In this document: positions 1 to 14,104 of the stretch, piece after piece | Position numbering within the stretch: position 1 is the stretch's first letter | Layout: the number at the start of each line of letters is the position of its first letter | The notes under the pieces: generated by a model | The model's database searches: none | The model's input: the letters and a program-made list of their open reading frames with translations, nothing else | What the model was told of the DNA's origin: nothing | Assembly (NCBI RefSeq): GCF_009914755.1 | Contig: NC_060931.1 | Source: the human T2T-CHM13v2.0 reference genome, Homo sapiens | Length of the DNA stretch: 64,000 bases | Reading direction: 5' to 3' (one strand) | Made by a program: the position numbers and the translations under genes

Positions 1-11
1 CATAAACATTA

Positions 12-311
12 GAGGCACAGTGGCTCATGCCTGTAATTCCAGCACTTTGGGAGGCCGAAGTGGATGGATCATTTGAGGTCAGGAGTTTGAGACCAGCCTT
101 GCCAACATGATGAAACCCCATCTCTACTAAAAGTGCAAAAATAGCCAGGCATGGTGGCAGGTGCCTGTAATCCCAGCTACTTGGGAAGCTGAGGCAGGAG
201 AATTGCTTGAGCCTGGGAGACAGAAGTTTCAGTGAGCCTGAGATCATGCCACTGCACTCCAGCCTGGGCGACAGAGTGAGACTCTGTTTCCAAAAAAAAA
301 AAAAAAAAAAA
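12..311 (+). mobile_element. Alu (AluS-type), full length
   Basis: Dimeric Alu consensus with an A tail at 292-311. Confidence 0.95.
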
Positions 312-323
312 GTAATGAATAAA

Positions 324-909
324 TGTGGCAGACTGCCACAGTTACTACTTGAGATTGTCACTACAACAGTTACTACTGTTACTACTTGAGACCATCATTA
401 CAAGACTGAATGAAGGAGGAGGAATGCAGAGATGCTAACAAAAAACAAAAGAAACTGTTTTCAAGAAAGGGTCCAGGGAAGAAGAAGATAGCTCCCTGCT
501 TCTAGTGAGCAAAGGCAGCAGCCCTGAGCTTCTACAGCCCTTCATATTTGTTGGGTAGAAAGAGCAGGGAGGAGGAGGTAACGATTGGTCAGCTGCTTGA
601 TTGATCACAGGTTAACATTATCACTAACAGGCTTCAGATTTGCCTAATCACAAGAAACACTTGTGCCTGGGTTCTGACTGCCCTCAGCATTCCTTCTTGG
701 CAGCAGATGCAGTTTGTCAATTTGCCAACATCCTGCTTTCATGAGAACAGTTTGCTGTTTACTAATGTAGCCTCCAGTGATTTACTGAGTTGATCAGGAC
801 CCTCACTCATGTAGCCTCCAGTGATATACTGAGTTGATCACGACTCACTCATGTAGCCTCCAGTGATATACTGAGTTGATCATGACCCTCATTCTTTCGG
901 CCTTCAATA
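324..909 (-). mobile_element. ERVK-class solo LTR (resembles LTR3/HML-6)
   Basis: Minus strand runs t(a)ttgaaggccgaaagaatgagggtc...gtggcagtctgccaca. 6-bp TSD aataaa at 318-323 and 910-915; 6 bp is typical of ERVK. Confidence 0.75.
761..890. repeat. Three tandem copies of a 42-44 bp unit inside the LTR
   Basis: act(a/c)atgtagcctccagtgat(t/a)tactgagttgatca... at 761-804, 805-846 and 847-890. Confidence 0.95.
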
Positions 910-989
910 AATAAAGGTATGTATTTATTTTGTAGTCTGTTCTTTTAAAAGCCAAAATGTGGGTCTGTGAGATACATTCAGATTGATAA

Positions 990-2900
990 AGGTAACTCAA
1001 ATTCCTTCATTGTCACTGCTGACTGATATTCTATTGCTTGAATTTGCTAACACAGTCTACTTACTCATCCACTGTTGATAGTACAGTAGGTGGCTCCAAT
1101 AAATTTTATATAAGTAATGCAAATAATGTTTAACACTCTTAAACAAGTATCCTTATACATACCTACGAAGGAAATTGCTGAGTGTTGGCATGAGCATGTC
1201 TTTAAATTTATGTCTACTGACAAGTTGCTCTTCAAAGTGTTTACATCAATGTATATACAAATGGGCATTGTTTAACATTTGCTTTTGCTACCTGATTCAT
1301 GCCAACACTTGGTATGGTAAGATACCATTTTTAGTATTCTGATAGCTGTGAAGTATCAGCTCTTATTTTTATATGATTTTTCCTAATTGAAACCAGTTGA
1401 ATAGTTTTCCTTCTGTTTATTGAGCATTCATTTTTCTTCTTTTAGAATTCTTTTTTTTCTTTTGACAGAGTCTTGCTCTGTCGCCCAGGCTGGAGTACAG
1501 CGGCATGATCCTGCAACCTCCACCTCCAGAGTTCAAGTGATTCTCCTACCTCAGACTCTCTAGCGGCTGGGATTACAGGTGTGCACAAACACACCCAGCT
1601 AATTTTTTGTATTTTTAGTAGAGGCGGGGTTTCACCATGTTGGCTAGGCTGGTCTTGAACTGAACTCAACTGATCTGCCCATCTCAGCCTCCCGAAGTGC
1701 TGGGATTACAGGCATGAGCCACCACGCCCGACCCATATCTTTTGCCTATCAGACTGCAGATTGGCTTGTCTTCCTCTTCATATTCACAGAAGTTCTTTTC
1801 ATATTCCAAATAATAATCATTTGTCAATTATAGACCTTGAACTTTCTCAATAAAGTTTATCTTTAGTCTTTCATTTTGTGTTTGTTTGATGCACAATTAT
1901 CAATTTTGATAAAGTCAAAAAATTTTTTAACTATGAAAATATTTATGATTTTGTCTTGCTTAAGACATTATTTTTTACTCTGGACTCATAAATTGTTCTC
2001 CTATATATTTTTGTAAAAGTGTTAAAATTTTGTTTATTACATTTAGATCTTGAATGCAGTACAAATTATTTTGTGTAATTTACAGAAATAATAATTGTGA
2101 GAATTTTGGATCATTCCTGAATCAAAGGAATGGTTCTAATTTTCATCATTATGTGTCTGGTTTGCTAAAGTTTTTTTGTACTGTTATATGTTTTTTGCTC
2201 TCTTATCAACTGCCTTTATTTTTTGCTTTTAATGACACATTTAACAAATTATTTTTATATATGTTCTCCTTTGATAGATTTATTCTATTATAAATATCCT
2301 GATATTGAGTCATCCTTGTATATTTGAGATATCATACAACTTTGTCATAATGCAGTAGATATACATACATATCAGGATATGATTTCCTAGTATTTGCTTA
2401 TAATTTTACATCTATGCTAGTACTTGATATTAGCTTTTAATTTCCTTCCTCATTCTGTCTTAGATTCAAATGTCATAAAATGAGTGGGAAACAGTTCCTT
2501 TCTTTGTAACTTCTTTACTTTGTAACAAATTTAAATTTGTAAGTATGCTTCAGAATATTTGCTAAAATTGCCTTTGAAAATATCAATGAATGAAGGGGTG
2601 AACTGATTCTTAATTACTGACTGAATTTCCTTCATGGGTTTTTTCTTTTAAGGTTTTCATTTCTTTTGTTATCAGTTTTGTAAATAGCATTTCTCTATTT
2701 GTTCTAGTTTTCAAGTACACTGAAATAAATTTCTTTATAATATTCTTTTTTTGTTACTTGGGTTTCTATATTTTAATTCTTGATATTCTTAATATTGATT
2801 CTTAAAATTCTTCATGATCACTTTTGTTGTTTCAACCTGTATTGGTAGAATATTTGTCTTTCAGTAAACAAATATCTAATTTTGTTTACTCTCTCTAGGT
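990..2900 (-). mobile_element. Ancient L1M fragments (3' end and ORF2 remnants), interrupted by an Alu
   Basis: T-rich degenerate antisense L1 motifs (tccactgttgat, gaaattgctgagt, tgccaacacttggtat). Boundaries approximate. Confidence 0.55.
1451..1733 (-). mobile_element. Alu (AluS-type)
   Basis: T tract followed by gacagagtcttgctctgtcgcccaggctgg...gagccaccacgcccgacc. Confidence 0.95.
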
Positions 2901-3145
2901 TTTTATTCTATAACTTTAATATCATCTCTTACAAATGTGTTTAACTCTCCTCAAATTTTTGGAGTTCATCCTGGCTTTAAAGTTGATAATTTGGTCATTA
3001 ATTTTTTGGTCTTCCTCCCACAAAATGAATTGTTTGCAGATATAAATTTCCTGTAAATTTCTATAATAATTCTGTTGTAAGAGTTTTAATATGTAATATT
3101 TTACCACATATTATTTCTAACTTTTTTCTAATGTCCAATATGATT

Positions 3146-3272
3146 CTTTCTTTTTTGGGATAAGATCATGCTATGGTGCCCAGGCTGGACTCAAACTCCC
3201 TGGCTGAAGCCATCCTCCTGCCTCTGCCTCCCATGTGTCTGGGATTTCAGGTATGTGCCACTGTGCCCCACT
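3146..3272 (-). mobile_element. FLAM / free Alu monomer
   Basis: Single left-arm-like monomer with a T tract. Confidence 0.8.
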
Positions 3273-3799
3273 CTATGCCATATGATTTTTTAAATCTATA
3301 ATGTACATATGATTTTGAATGTCTAAGTAAACATCTTTTTACATATTTTCTTTCTGTAGTTGCTAAAAATTCACCTTAACATTACCTTTCATGCAAAAAT
3401 GTGGTTTACCTGATAATTCTTGAAACATAGCATCACTTACATAAATTTTATAAATCCAAACTGCCAATCTTGTTTTATAATTGTTTTATAACTGTCTAGT
3501 TTACTGCATAATAATATGTTGGATGTGTACTTATTTTGTCTTCTCTATTTTTATTGCCTTTTCTAAGCATTTTTACAAATATTTTCTTATTTCTTTTGCA
3601 TTACTTGAGATTTGCTTCCTCATGTTTTCCTTTTACCGGTTTGGAAGAATAGAGTAACCTTAGAACCATCAGATCCCATCACTTCTCTCCAAAGTTACAC
3701 GTTCGAATTTTACTTTGTTGTTGACCTCTCAATCAGACACCATTAATTTATTCAGCCAATTTATTTTGATTTACCTACTTTTATACAAGCTGCTTTTCT

Positions 3800-4550
3800 T
3801 CTCGTAAGCAAAACCTTTTATTCTGGGCAAAAATAAATTTTAGCACTTCCTTAAGTGAAAATTAGTTAGAAATAAGCTCTCTTGCTTTGTGTAGAAACAT
3901 ATTTTCATTTCCTATTTGGCCTCCAAATGATAGGTTAGCTTATTTTCAAATCATGGGTTGACAATTATTTGTTTCAGAACTTTAAAAATATTATTCTCCT
4001 GTACTCTGACTTCTATTGTCGATGTTGAATAATCAGTTGTCACTTTAGTTGTGTTCCTTGGAAGATAATTTGTCCTTTCCCTCTGGAACTTTAAAGGTTC
4101 TCTCATTCTCTCTTTTTCTCTCCACTTTGTAGCTTTACTAAGACAAATTTGAAAATTTTGTTGGCTTGTTTGAGTGTTTGTTGTTGTTGTAGTTTTTGAG
4201 GTGGTGTGATTCTGCATAGGATTTATTATGATCCCTGGATTCAAAATTTGTGTTCTTTGTAAATTCAGCAACATTTTTTATGCACTGTTACTTTAAATAT
4301 TAGCTCTCTCACCTTCTATTTATCATTTACTTCTGGATTCTAATCGCATGCTTCTCTACTTAATATTTAATTTCTTTTCATTTTTTAAAGCTCTTTCCCT
4401 CATGTTTTACTCTATCTTCTGTTTCATTAATACTCCTTTTAGCTGTGTTTAATATTTATCAGTCCTCTATTGTGGATTTTTTCTAATTTAAATATTCATA
4501 TTTTACATTTATATACATTGAATTTGGCTTGTTTTTCAAATAAATTGGTT
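3800..4550 (-). mobile_element. Ancient L1 (L1M/HAL1-like) ORF1-region relic
   Basis: ORF 3951-4274 contains TTDYSTSTIEVRVQENNIFKVLK, a degenerate form of the L1 ORF1p C-terminal motif (TADFS.ET.EARRQW..IFKVLK). Confidence 0.65.
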
Positions 4551-4929
4551 TTGTAAACAATAGTGAGACCTTGTCAAAAATATTGGTATAATATCACCTG
4601 AGTTTTATAAATCCTCTTTATATCTACAACTGCAACATTTTTATTTTCCTTCCCTAAAAATTCTAACATTTTTGTGTACAATTTTGACATTGTATATGAT
4701 AGTTATTATCTTAGTTTTATTCAGTTGGTACCTACATGCATTATTTTATCTTATTGATAATTGTATATATGAGTTTTTTTCTTAGTAAATTTTCACTTAA
4801 TATTATAGCAATATCCTGTATGACAAAATGATAAACTATGTGTTCATTAGAAACATTATATAATAGTTGACAAGTGTACAGACTTTTCAGGTGGATGAAT
4901 AAGAATTCATATGCGGTCTCCAACAGTTA

Positions 4930-5230
4930 CAAGTTTTGTAACTTATTTGATTTCTCTAAACTTCAGTTTCCTAATCTAGAATATTTGGACAGTAAATTGG
5001 TAGCATTAAATGCTAAAATATAAAATAGTAACAATATAAATAACATCTGATGTTTATTGAAAATTACACTAAGCCTTTGATATCAGTCAGACATTTTTAT
5101 CCTCAAAGGAGAATATGATGGTAGTCCTATTACTATCCCCACTTTACAAATATATGTAATGCATGTAAAGCTTTTAGCATATTGCCTATTACATTATAAA
5201 TTCTCCGACAAATAATGGTTATTATTATGT
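4930..5230. mobile_element. MIR fragments
   Basis: ctctaaacttcagtttcctaatctagaat resembles the MIR core; a second fragment lies in the opposite orientation. Confidence 0.5.
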
Positions 5231-7238
5231 TTACAACCCTTCAATTTCTGAACTCATGAATATTGTATTATTAAGAGTGGTATAAAAGAGCATAAAATAT
5301 AAATAATATACTGTCAAAACCAAGATTCACTGGGCCACTAATAAGTATTTCTGTTAATTCCTTGCAGTAAGTATATTTGAGAAATATTATAACTATTTAG
5401 TTACTAGTTCAAAGTGCCATTTTTTCAGTTGCTAAGTAATAGAAATATGGCATTAATTCTTAAAGTATTTCAGATTCTCTACCTGTACCACTATTGTTCC
5501 CACCTCGGTCACTTATATATTCTCATTCTTTCTTTGAGAAAATAGTTGTAAAGACTTTCATCTTTTCTCTCTCTTGTTCCTTTATTCTTGCTCTTTCTTT
5601 TCTTTGTAGCTCCTCACCATAATGTATAGAGTAAAAACTTTCAAGTCTTCTAGGATGACAAACCCTGAAGGAAATGGAAGAGTGAAGTTTCTAATTTCTT
5701 GATTTCCCTTTTCCCACTATATATTTTAAATATATAATCCAAGAGCTGCTACATTGCTTTGATTTATTATGTGGAAGAGGAAACTTGTAATTATTACCAA
5801 GCAAAAGTCAATTGATATTGAGGAAAAAATCCAAATAGAACTATCCCCCAAACTTTGCAATAGCCCCTTTCTTTATTTGTCAGCCATGTTTCTTTTTATT
5901 TGCCTAAATTATTTCAAAATGTTTTACCAGGATATAAAATTCAGAAATGTATTTAAAGAAGAAGAAACAGCAGAAAGGAGATAATGAAGAGGTAATAACA
6001 CGAAGGTAAAATGCATAATCTGAAGTTCTGTGTACATGGTCACAATTTGCATTTAATCAACAGTGATTATAAGATAAATTGAAGGAACTGCTCAATAATG
6101 ATTACAGTTTCTGATCTTAACAGGTAGAAATTTTTCCCAAGGATCATAAAGTAAAATCTGTATATCAAAAAATAGTGTCCCTAATAACTTATATCCATTA
6201 AACACGGGTATAAGTTTCATGTTTTTTATAAGCCATCAGCATCTTATGAAAATGCTATATCCTTCTTTAATAATTTTGATATTCTGAAACATAGACGTAA
6301 AGTTGCCTTCCATGAAAGTCTACTTGTTTATGCTGTAGGAAATAACTAGAAGTTCTACCAAAAGTGAATATCTACACTGAAGGGCTCACAGATATTTTTT
6401 ACTTTTAAATTAAATTTCACTAACTATAATTTATAACATAAGGAAAACCCGTGCTTTCTTGACTTAATTGAATATCTAGTTCCCCTTTCACACATATCCC
6501 AACTAAAACTTTCTCCAAATACTTCTTGCAATCTCTTGTTTAGTCAATGTATTAGGTACTTCATGAAGGCAATTCCCTTTGAAGTCAATTTGTCCTCTAA
6601 AAGACTTAAGAGAAAATCCAGGCGATAGTAGACCCAAGAGCCAGACAAACTTACTGTGTTTTAAAAAGCAGCTACTTAACCAATGTTTCATTCAATCGAA
6701 AGTGGTTCTTTTCTTGGATAGTTATGTGCACATCCTTAAAATCTCTTCTGAGATCCTCATCAAAGCTTCCTGAGAATTTAGGTAAATTGATTTACTTAGT
6801 CTTTCATCAATTGCTCTGTTTACTCTTTAGGAGTGATACAATAGGGCAAAGAGCAGTTAAACAGAAATTCACCTTGTTAATTTTTACCACCTTTCATATA
6901 TTACTTAGGCACATGACATACAGACAGACACTCAGTGGGATCATTAATGGCAACTTAAAAAACAATTCAACTAAACCTTGACTTATGATCACATTTTTGA
7001 ATGGTAATGTACTCAACAAAATACAATAAAACTCAACTTTATAAGCCATGTTTTCTGAGCTTTCTCTAAGTTTTCCTCTTACTTAGCTCAATATTTGCTC
7101 AATTTGTATGAAAAGAAGTGTTTAAAGTACCTGGTACAGGGTTCTGTCAAAAAGACTTTTGTCCAGGGACACATAGAGGCTCATATAAAAACAAATTCAT
7201 AAACTTGGCCTCATTAATGCCATGCTCTAATCCAATAG

Positions 7239-7833
7239 TGAGAGAGGAGGCAGTTAGAGGCTGGCTAGGCAGATAGAGAGGGAGAGTTTCAAGAGAGAGA
7301 CGGTGCCTATGGGAATGCACCTGTATCGCCCCTGTGGTGTAACTAGCAGGTGGAAATGTGGTTAAGAACTTCCTCTTATACCAGGATGTCTGCTCAGAAG
7401 GGACTGTCCCAACTTAGGCACAGGCACAATAAATTAACTATGTTTCCTTAACTTGACCCACTGCTAATTGTAATGTCATTATCATTGTAGTTTTGGCAAA
7501 CCCTGTGGGTTTCACTTAGGGTAGTAACCAAGGTGGAGTCACTATGGCCAACCCCAGGTATGCACGGATGCATCACCCCTAGGGGGAACTTTAGCTCCCC
7601 CATCAGGGTGGAACCCACAGAAGACTTCCTTGTTTTTGCCACATGAAAGAAATAGAACTCAGCCCCTTACTGGCAGCCCTCTTTTGGGGCCCCTCTACTG
7701 CTGAGAGCTTTTCTGTTGCTTAATAAATCCTACTCTGTCTTACTCATTTTCTGGTGTCTGTGTGCCTTATTCTTCTTGGTCATAGGACAATAACTTGGAC
7801 CTCACTAAACTAAAGAATAAGGAGACAGCAACA
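7239..7833 (+). mobile_element. ERV1-class solo LTR
   Basis: TG...CA ends, AATAAA near 7722, and a 4-bp TSD atag at 7235-7238 and 7834-7837. Confidence 0.85.
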
Positions 7834-8449
7834 ATAGCTTCCACATGTGGATCAGGAATAGGGTACATTAATTTATTGATATGGGTCTGAAAATTCACAT
7901 ATGCAGAGTTACTTATGTATAGAAATAGCTTTGTGTTGATATACACTGATAATTTGTGAAGATATTTATTTTTAAGTTAGATTATAAGATAAATTTAATT
8001 TAAAGCATGGTATATTCATGTTTAGTTTGCATCGTTTTATCATTTTTTAAATTTTCTCCATCATTGCATCCTAAAAGTAGAGCTAGGAACATGTCCGGAT
8101 CTCACAGATGAAAATGTTCAAAACACTTCTAGATACCAAAATACCTGTGATAATAATCATACAGTGTATCACAGCCAAGTTGTCACAGCACACTTACTGG
8201 TTATAACCACTGACTTTTTCTAAGCTCCTTTTGTGTATCAGAAGCTTTTTCTTGACTTTGACGGTGTCGGGAAATCCTAATTTCCGCAGTTCACTGGGAA
8301 TTTTAGATGATTTAATCTGATTTTTAGACGGTGCTTGGTCAAAATAAAACTATCTAAAAACTCACAGAGTGACATTTAAATGCCAAGAAACTTAGACATT
8401 TCAATCTCTTTAAAACACAATAAATCTCTTTGTTGAATACTCCAGTTTA

Positions 8450-9450
8450 TGCATGCATTCACTAATCTGCTCATTAGTTTTCTCATTCTCCATAAATTTA
8501 TTGAGCAGTTTTGTGTGCAAGACAGTATGCTGAGTGCTGGTGTGATGTTTTCCAGGAATTTAACAATATAGTGGGAGAGAGATTATGAATTACAAAAATA
8601 ATAGAAGAGCCACATAATGCTGTTACAGCCTCCTCTATGAGTACTGGGAACATTTGGAAGAGAAAGATACTTAGGAAAATGGGGTGGAGAAAGAAAGCAT
8701 TATGCAGAAAGTGGAATTAAAGAAGGATGCTGAAAGTTGTGGTTGATCTCATGTGTAATTTGGGGGTAGAGATGGGTGTGGTGTTGGGAAGATAATCAGC
8801 ATCCTAGTTTGAGGAAAACTACAGGTTAAAAGATACAAGCAAGAAAACACAACATGCACTGAACACTGATTAGAATGTCTGCCTGTAGTTTTGATAAGAC
8901 TGGAAAGTGGAAGGCAGATGGTAGTAAAGACCTTGAATGTCTGGCTAAGAATTCTGAATGCTGTGTTATGCAACAGGGAATCCTAAATATTCCTGAGTAT
9001 GACCATGACATTGTAAGTTAAACACTTACAAATGCACTTGTGATGTACACTGTTTAAAATACTTTTGCAAAAAACAAGTAATTTACTTTTCATAACAACT
9101 TTCTAAGATGCTTAGTTTTATTATCCAGGTATTTCATACTTGGAGAACTAAAAAACGGATACGTTAAGTAAGTTGCTTAAGGTCACAATTAGGAAGTGGT
9201 AGAGCTGGGATTCAAATCCAGACAAGTCTGTTTCAAATTCTGTGTTATTAACTATTACACTATCAAAGTGAGGGAACCGAGTCAGATTTTAAGATTAATT
9301 TGAGTGCAAATATGGGTGTGTTCAAAGAACTGGAAAGACTAAGAACAGAATTCAATAAGAAGAATTTTCAGCAGTATGAGCATGAGATAATGTTATTTAA
9401 ACCAGAGTGGTGGCTGTAGGAAACGGATGGGTGCAATAGATACAAGTGTC
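8450..9450 (-). mobile_element. L2 fragments with an embedded MIR (about 9050-9260)
   Basis: L2 3'-end motif (aaatttattgagca...gtgcaagacagtatgctgagtgctgg) and MIR core (aagtaagttgcttaaggtcaca...gctgggattcaaatcc). Confidence 0.6.
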
Positions 9451-11531
9451 CTTAGGAACTCACAACTACATATAAAAACTACAGAGTAAGTTAAACCATG
9501 TCATTTCTCAAAGAATCTATGTCTACCAAATATACATAGAAAATATTAGAACTTAATAATCACATATTTTAAATGCTTGATAAGATCTGTTCTTTTTACA
9601 TACAAACTCAGCAAGTAATTTTAGTAAGTAATTTTTCCTAATTAGGGAATTATTATTTTTTGTTGATGAGCAATAGCCGAGTGTTAAATGTGGAAAACAT
9701 TGACTATGGTTTGTCATGTTCTGTTTTACGTGGTGTTAACTTTCTGTTTGTGTACCTTTGCATTTTACTGATTCCCTACAGACGAAACTGTGTCTTTGAG
9801 AATTGTCTGTAAGCCTTCTGGGATATAAATTCCAGGTTATTTTGAAGTTATGCCTGTTTGTATCATTCGCCCACTCAAGACATCACACATTCTTCCAAAC
9901 ACCCCCTACACTTGGAACAGGCACCCAATTAATATACGCCATGCAGGCCACCTTGCTCTTCTCCTTCAAAAACTCCTAAAAAACCATCTGCTCTGGGAGG
10001 CATTCCAGCTACAATAACCACCTACTACTTTCAATTGCCTATAATATCTGCATTCACTTTCCTGAACACTGCTTACATCTTTTACCATTATAAAATCCAT
10101 AAGACAAGATAATTTCTAAATATCTTGCAGAGATATGTAACCTCCTCTCCAACATCTACATTCCTTTAGAGTAGTAGTATATTCTTGCAAAGATTTCTGC
10201 CATGACAGATTAAAGAAATATCAGCTTTAAAAGAATAAGAGCATTAACATTGTCTCTTGTATCAAAATGTTCAGCCAACCCAGTTAGGTATTCTGATTAG
10301 GATTTAATGCCAAACTCTCACGGAGAATGTTGAGTGACACTATCTAATTAGTTCTTTATGAACATATGATAGTGTGGAAAGTAAACAAAGTAGTGAATTG
10401 TTTTTAAATTAGTGTACTTTGCTTCTCAAAGTTCATTATGTATTACTTGCTAGGCGACAGGAACTAATTTTGATTTTATGATATTTTGGATAAATTGTTC
10501 CCTGGGATTAAAAAAAAATAAGCTATGACAAGAACACAATTTATCAATATGCAAAATAGATGAAACCAAGACAATTTCTTTTTAATTTTTGAAATTGTAA
10601 GTCCATATATTGCCATGCTGGTTAACACCAAATTCCTGAATGCCTGTGAATCTCCTACCAATTATGTCAACAACATGAATATCTTCATAGGGATGCCACT
10701 GTCCAGGTAATAATCTAAAGACATGTATCTTTTACTCTTGCAAGTGTTAGGCCTTGCTAAATGATAAAGCGTTTTTCTTTGTATTTCCACAGCAGAGATT
10801 TCAGATCAACAGACAAGTCCCAGAGGACTGAGGACAAAATAATTAATATGCCAAAGTTATATAATAAGAAGGCACAGTGGGAGATTTCTGCCAAACTAAG
10901 AGGGCAAAGCCCTACAGTGGCTGAGTGGAGGAGGTGGGTGGCAAAGCCCAAATCATGGGATTAGAGAGACAAGAGATTGGATATCAGGATTGGTCCCCTT
11001 ATTCTTCAGGTCAACACCTAAGAGTAGAAAAAAAATTCCTAAGTAAAATATGGCAATCAAAGAATCCTAGGGGTAATCTTGGGAGATCCTTCTGTGACTG
11101 AGAAGAATGATGCCCATTTTCATCATTCTGTGCCATGGACTGCATGGAAGTAGAAAGTAGCAAAGAGCAGAAGGAGGTGTCCTATCAAGTGGATCTGAGG
11201 AAAGTCCTCGCCAAGTCACATAGACCTTATTAGGTTGGAGGAAAAAAGCACCTTAGAATGACAAGACTCTTGAACAATGTGGACTCAAAAATGCTGAGAG
11301 AATGAACTAGGAGGAAACAGAGGTCAGGACAAGTAGTTGGTGGGATGTTGAGAATGAAGGTAATTACACAGTCTACAACCATCAGGAATAGCTATCAGTC
11401 AGATGCCCAAAATATCAGATGGGTCTCCACAGCGGATACCAGTGTAAGATGCCCAGAGACCAGGTGGCTTCTGCTACCTTTCAGCAGAAGTAGAGACCAT
11501 CTGCCATCTGGGAGACAGAATCTTCCCCTAT

Positions 11532-11968
11532 TGTGACTATTAATATTATATGTCAACTTGGCTGAGCCATGAGGTACCCAGATATTTGGTTAAACATTAC
11601 TCTGTGTGTGCCTGTGAAGGTGTCTATGAATGAGATCACCATTTGAATTGGTAGACAGAGTAAAGCAGATTGCCCTTCACAATATGGGTAGGCCTCATCT
11701 AATGTGTTGAATGTCTAAATAGAGCAAAAAGGCTGGGTAAAGGAGAATTTTTTCTCTCTGACTGATACATTTAAGCTGGGAGATTGGTTTTCTGCCTTCA
11801 GGTTTGGACTCCACTAAAACCGTTACCCTGTCCTACTTCTCAGGCTATTGGACTCAGACTGGAACTATAGCATCAGCTCTCCTTGATCTCCAGCTTACTG
11901 ACTGTGGATCTTGCAGCTTCTTAGCCTCCACAATCATGTGAGCCAATTCCTTATAATAAATCTCTCTA

Positions 11969-12008
<40 letters not shown>

Positions 12009-12052
12009 TAATCTCCAATTAGTTCTGTTTCTCTGGAATACGCTAAAATACT
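11532..12052 (+). mobile_element. MLT2 (ERVL) solo LTR with an internal (CT)n
   Basis: tgtgactattaatattatatgtcaacttggctgagcca...ccttataataaatctc...aatac. 5-bp TSD cctat at 11527-11531 and 12053-12057. Confidence 0.9.
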
Positions 12053-13155
12053 CCTATGTTATAAGAAACTGTGCTATGCCCTTTGTACTTAAACATTGTT
12101 CTGAGAAAGAGGAAAGTAAAGTCAAAGCCAGTGAGTTGAGAAAGATACCCAGAACAACTGGGTAGTTACATCAATGAGAAAATGTGTTAAACCAGAGAAG
12201 ACTGAACTGCTTTTAATGAACAAGATCAGCTATTTACTTAATCAGTGAGATGCCCCAAACTCTTACTTCACCAGTAAGAGTGGCCACTCAAAAACAAAAT
12301 GGGATCAATTATAGAAATTAATGAAACTCACTCTTTTGCACAGTCAGACTTATGATTGTTTAATATTTTACTGCTTGTATTAAAGTTGTTATTGCTAACA
12401 TATTCCTAATCTGAAGCCCATCAAGAGAATTTTTGACTCTTTTCTGAAGTCATTCAACAAGTTTGTTTTGAATTTTATTTAGATTTATTTGGAAAGGTAC
12501 ACCTGTTTTTGACTGTTTAGAAAATATTAATTATCACTATCGATATGCTTGCAATATTTCCTGCCCAATAGAAAAGAACATGCATGACATACATATGTGG
12601 GCTTAAATATCTCAAGAGCAAATAAAATAATTTATACAAAAGCAATTATTTAAAACTATAAATCAGTAAGCATATGTTATTTTATTACTGAAGCAATAAT
12701 AATACGGATCAATAGGTTTCTCAGAATGTAAAACAACCAGGGTAATTACCTAGAATCTATTAACAACCTTATTCTCATATAAATTCCAAATTATTTGAAA
12801 ATATATTTTAAAATAATATTTACTTTGCAATTGAGAAAAATACCTGAGATCCTAGAATTGCAAATTGTATCATTTAGAATGAAATATTTATGCTTCATTT
12901 CATCTATTAAGTCTCTGAAAAAATATGTGGATAGCAGCTAACATTTGGATAACTACTCCTGGCAAATCATTTCATAGTGTAACTTGATAAGGGCATTTCT
13001 TACTGAAATTTTTAATAAGAGTCACCTGAATGTGAATTTAACTCAGAAGACTATAAAGACAAAAATGGGTCAAGTGAAACTGACTGAATTTATATTATAT
13101 AATAAAAATCATAGGTAGAATGCAAAAAGGAAACAACTAATATAAGCTAATTTAC

Positions 13156-13448
13156 AATCATGTGTCACTTTACAGAAATACCTTCTGAGAAATGCATTGT
13201 TTGGAAATTTTGTTATTGTGCAAATATCATAGAGTGTACTTACACAAACCTAGATATTTTTATTTATATATATTATATGGAAAACCAAGTGTCCCAGCAC
13301 CATTACTGAATATCAATCATTTCCTCTACTTGATTTGCAAAACCAATATCACATGCCCTATGTTAAGTTTCTATAAAGGCTCCATTAAATCTTACAGAAC
13401 GTATGTGTTCCATCACTGGCTTAAACATTGTAACGTGGTCCATGACTG
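13156..13448. mobile_element. Tigger3-family DNA transposon relic
   Basis: TIR-like ends ca(a)tcatg...catgactg; internal ttctgagaaatgcattgtt...gtacttacacaaacctagat. Confidence 0.75.
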
Positions 13449-13469
13449 CATGCGTGTGCATGGAAATGG

Positions 13470-13705
13470 AAATAGCAATGGCTTACACATATAGTGATTA
13501 CTACGCTCCAGGCACTGTTCTTAGTGCTTTAGATGCATTAACTCATTTACTCTTTTGTACTCTATGGAGTAAGAACCATTATTGGGTCATTTTACAGAGG
13601 AGGAAAGTGAGGCACAGAAAGGGTTAAGCTGCTTGTTCAGGGTCACCCAGTTACTAAGTGGAGGAGCCTGGATTTGGACATGGGTTGTCAGGTTCCAGAG
13701 CCACC
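13470..13705 (-). mobile_element. MIR
   Basis: cattttacagaggaggaaagtgaggcacagaaagggttaag...ggtcacccag core. Confidence 0.85.
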
Positions 13706-14104
13706 ACAGTCATTTCTTGTCACCACCACAGCCATTTCAAGCATCCGGTTACGTGGTTCTGGTAGATATTGCCTTTTCTAATAAAGAAATAAGCAAAATC
13801 GACACAGATAAGGGACTAGTTTGCTCCAGAGTCTCTATTCCATGCATTTTGTGTAGCACATATGGTTCTGGACTAGAAAGCATTACACTTTGCAGAGAAT
13901 CTCAGTTTCTCCACCAAGGCTCAAAATTCCCATGCTACTTAAAATAAGTCTCCTTAAGTTCCCCATTCACTGCATTTCTAACCATCTCCATTGTATCGTT
14001 CTCTGTATGACAGAACATGAAGTTTTTACTCCTTTTATCTGTTCTGAAATTTATCTGTAATTTTTCGAACACTTTCTCTCAGAGCTACAGTTTTTCATCT
14101 ATCA

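Noticed and set aside
10800-12360. Purine-rich sequence around the MLT2, possibly an older LTR into which it inserted
   Set aside because: I could not fix the termini, TSD or family from the sequence alone.
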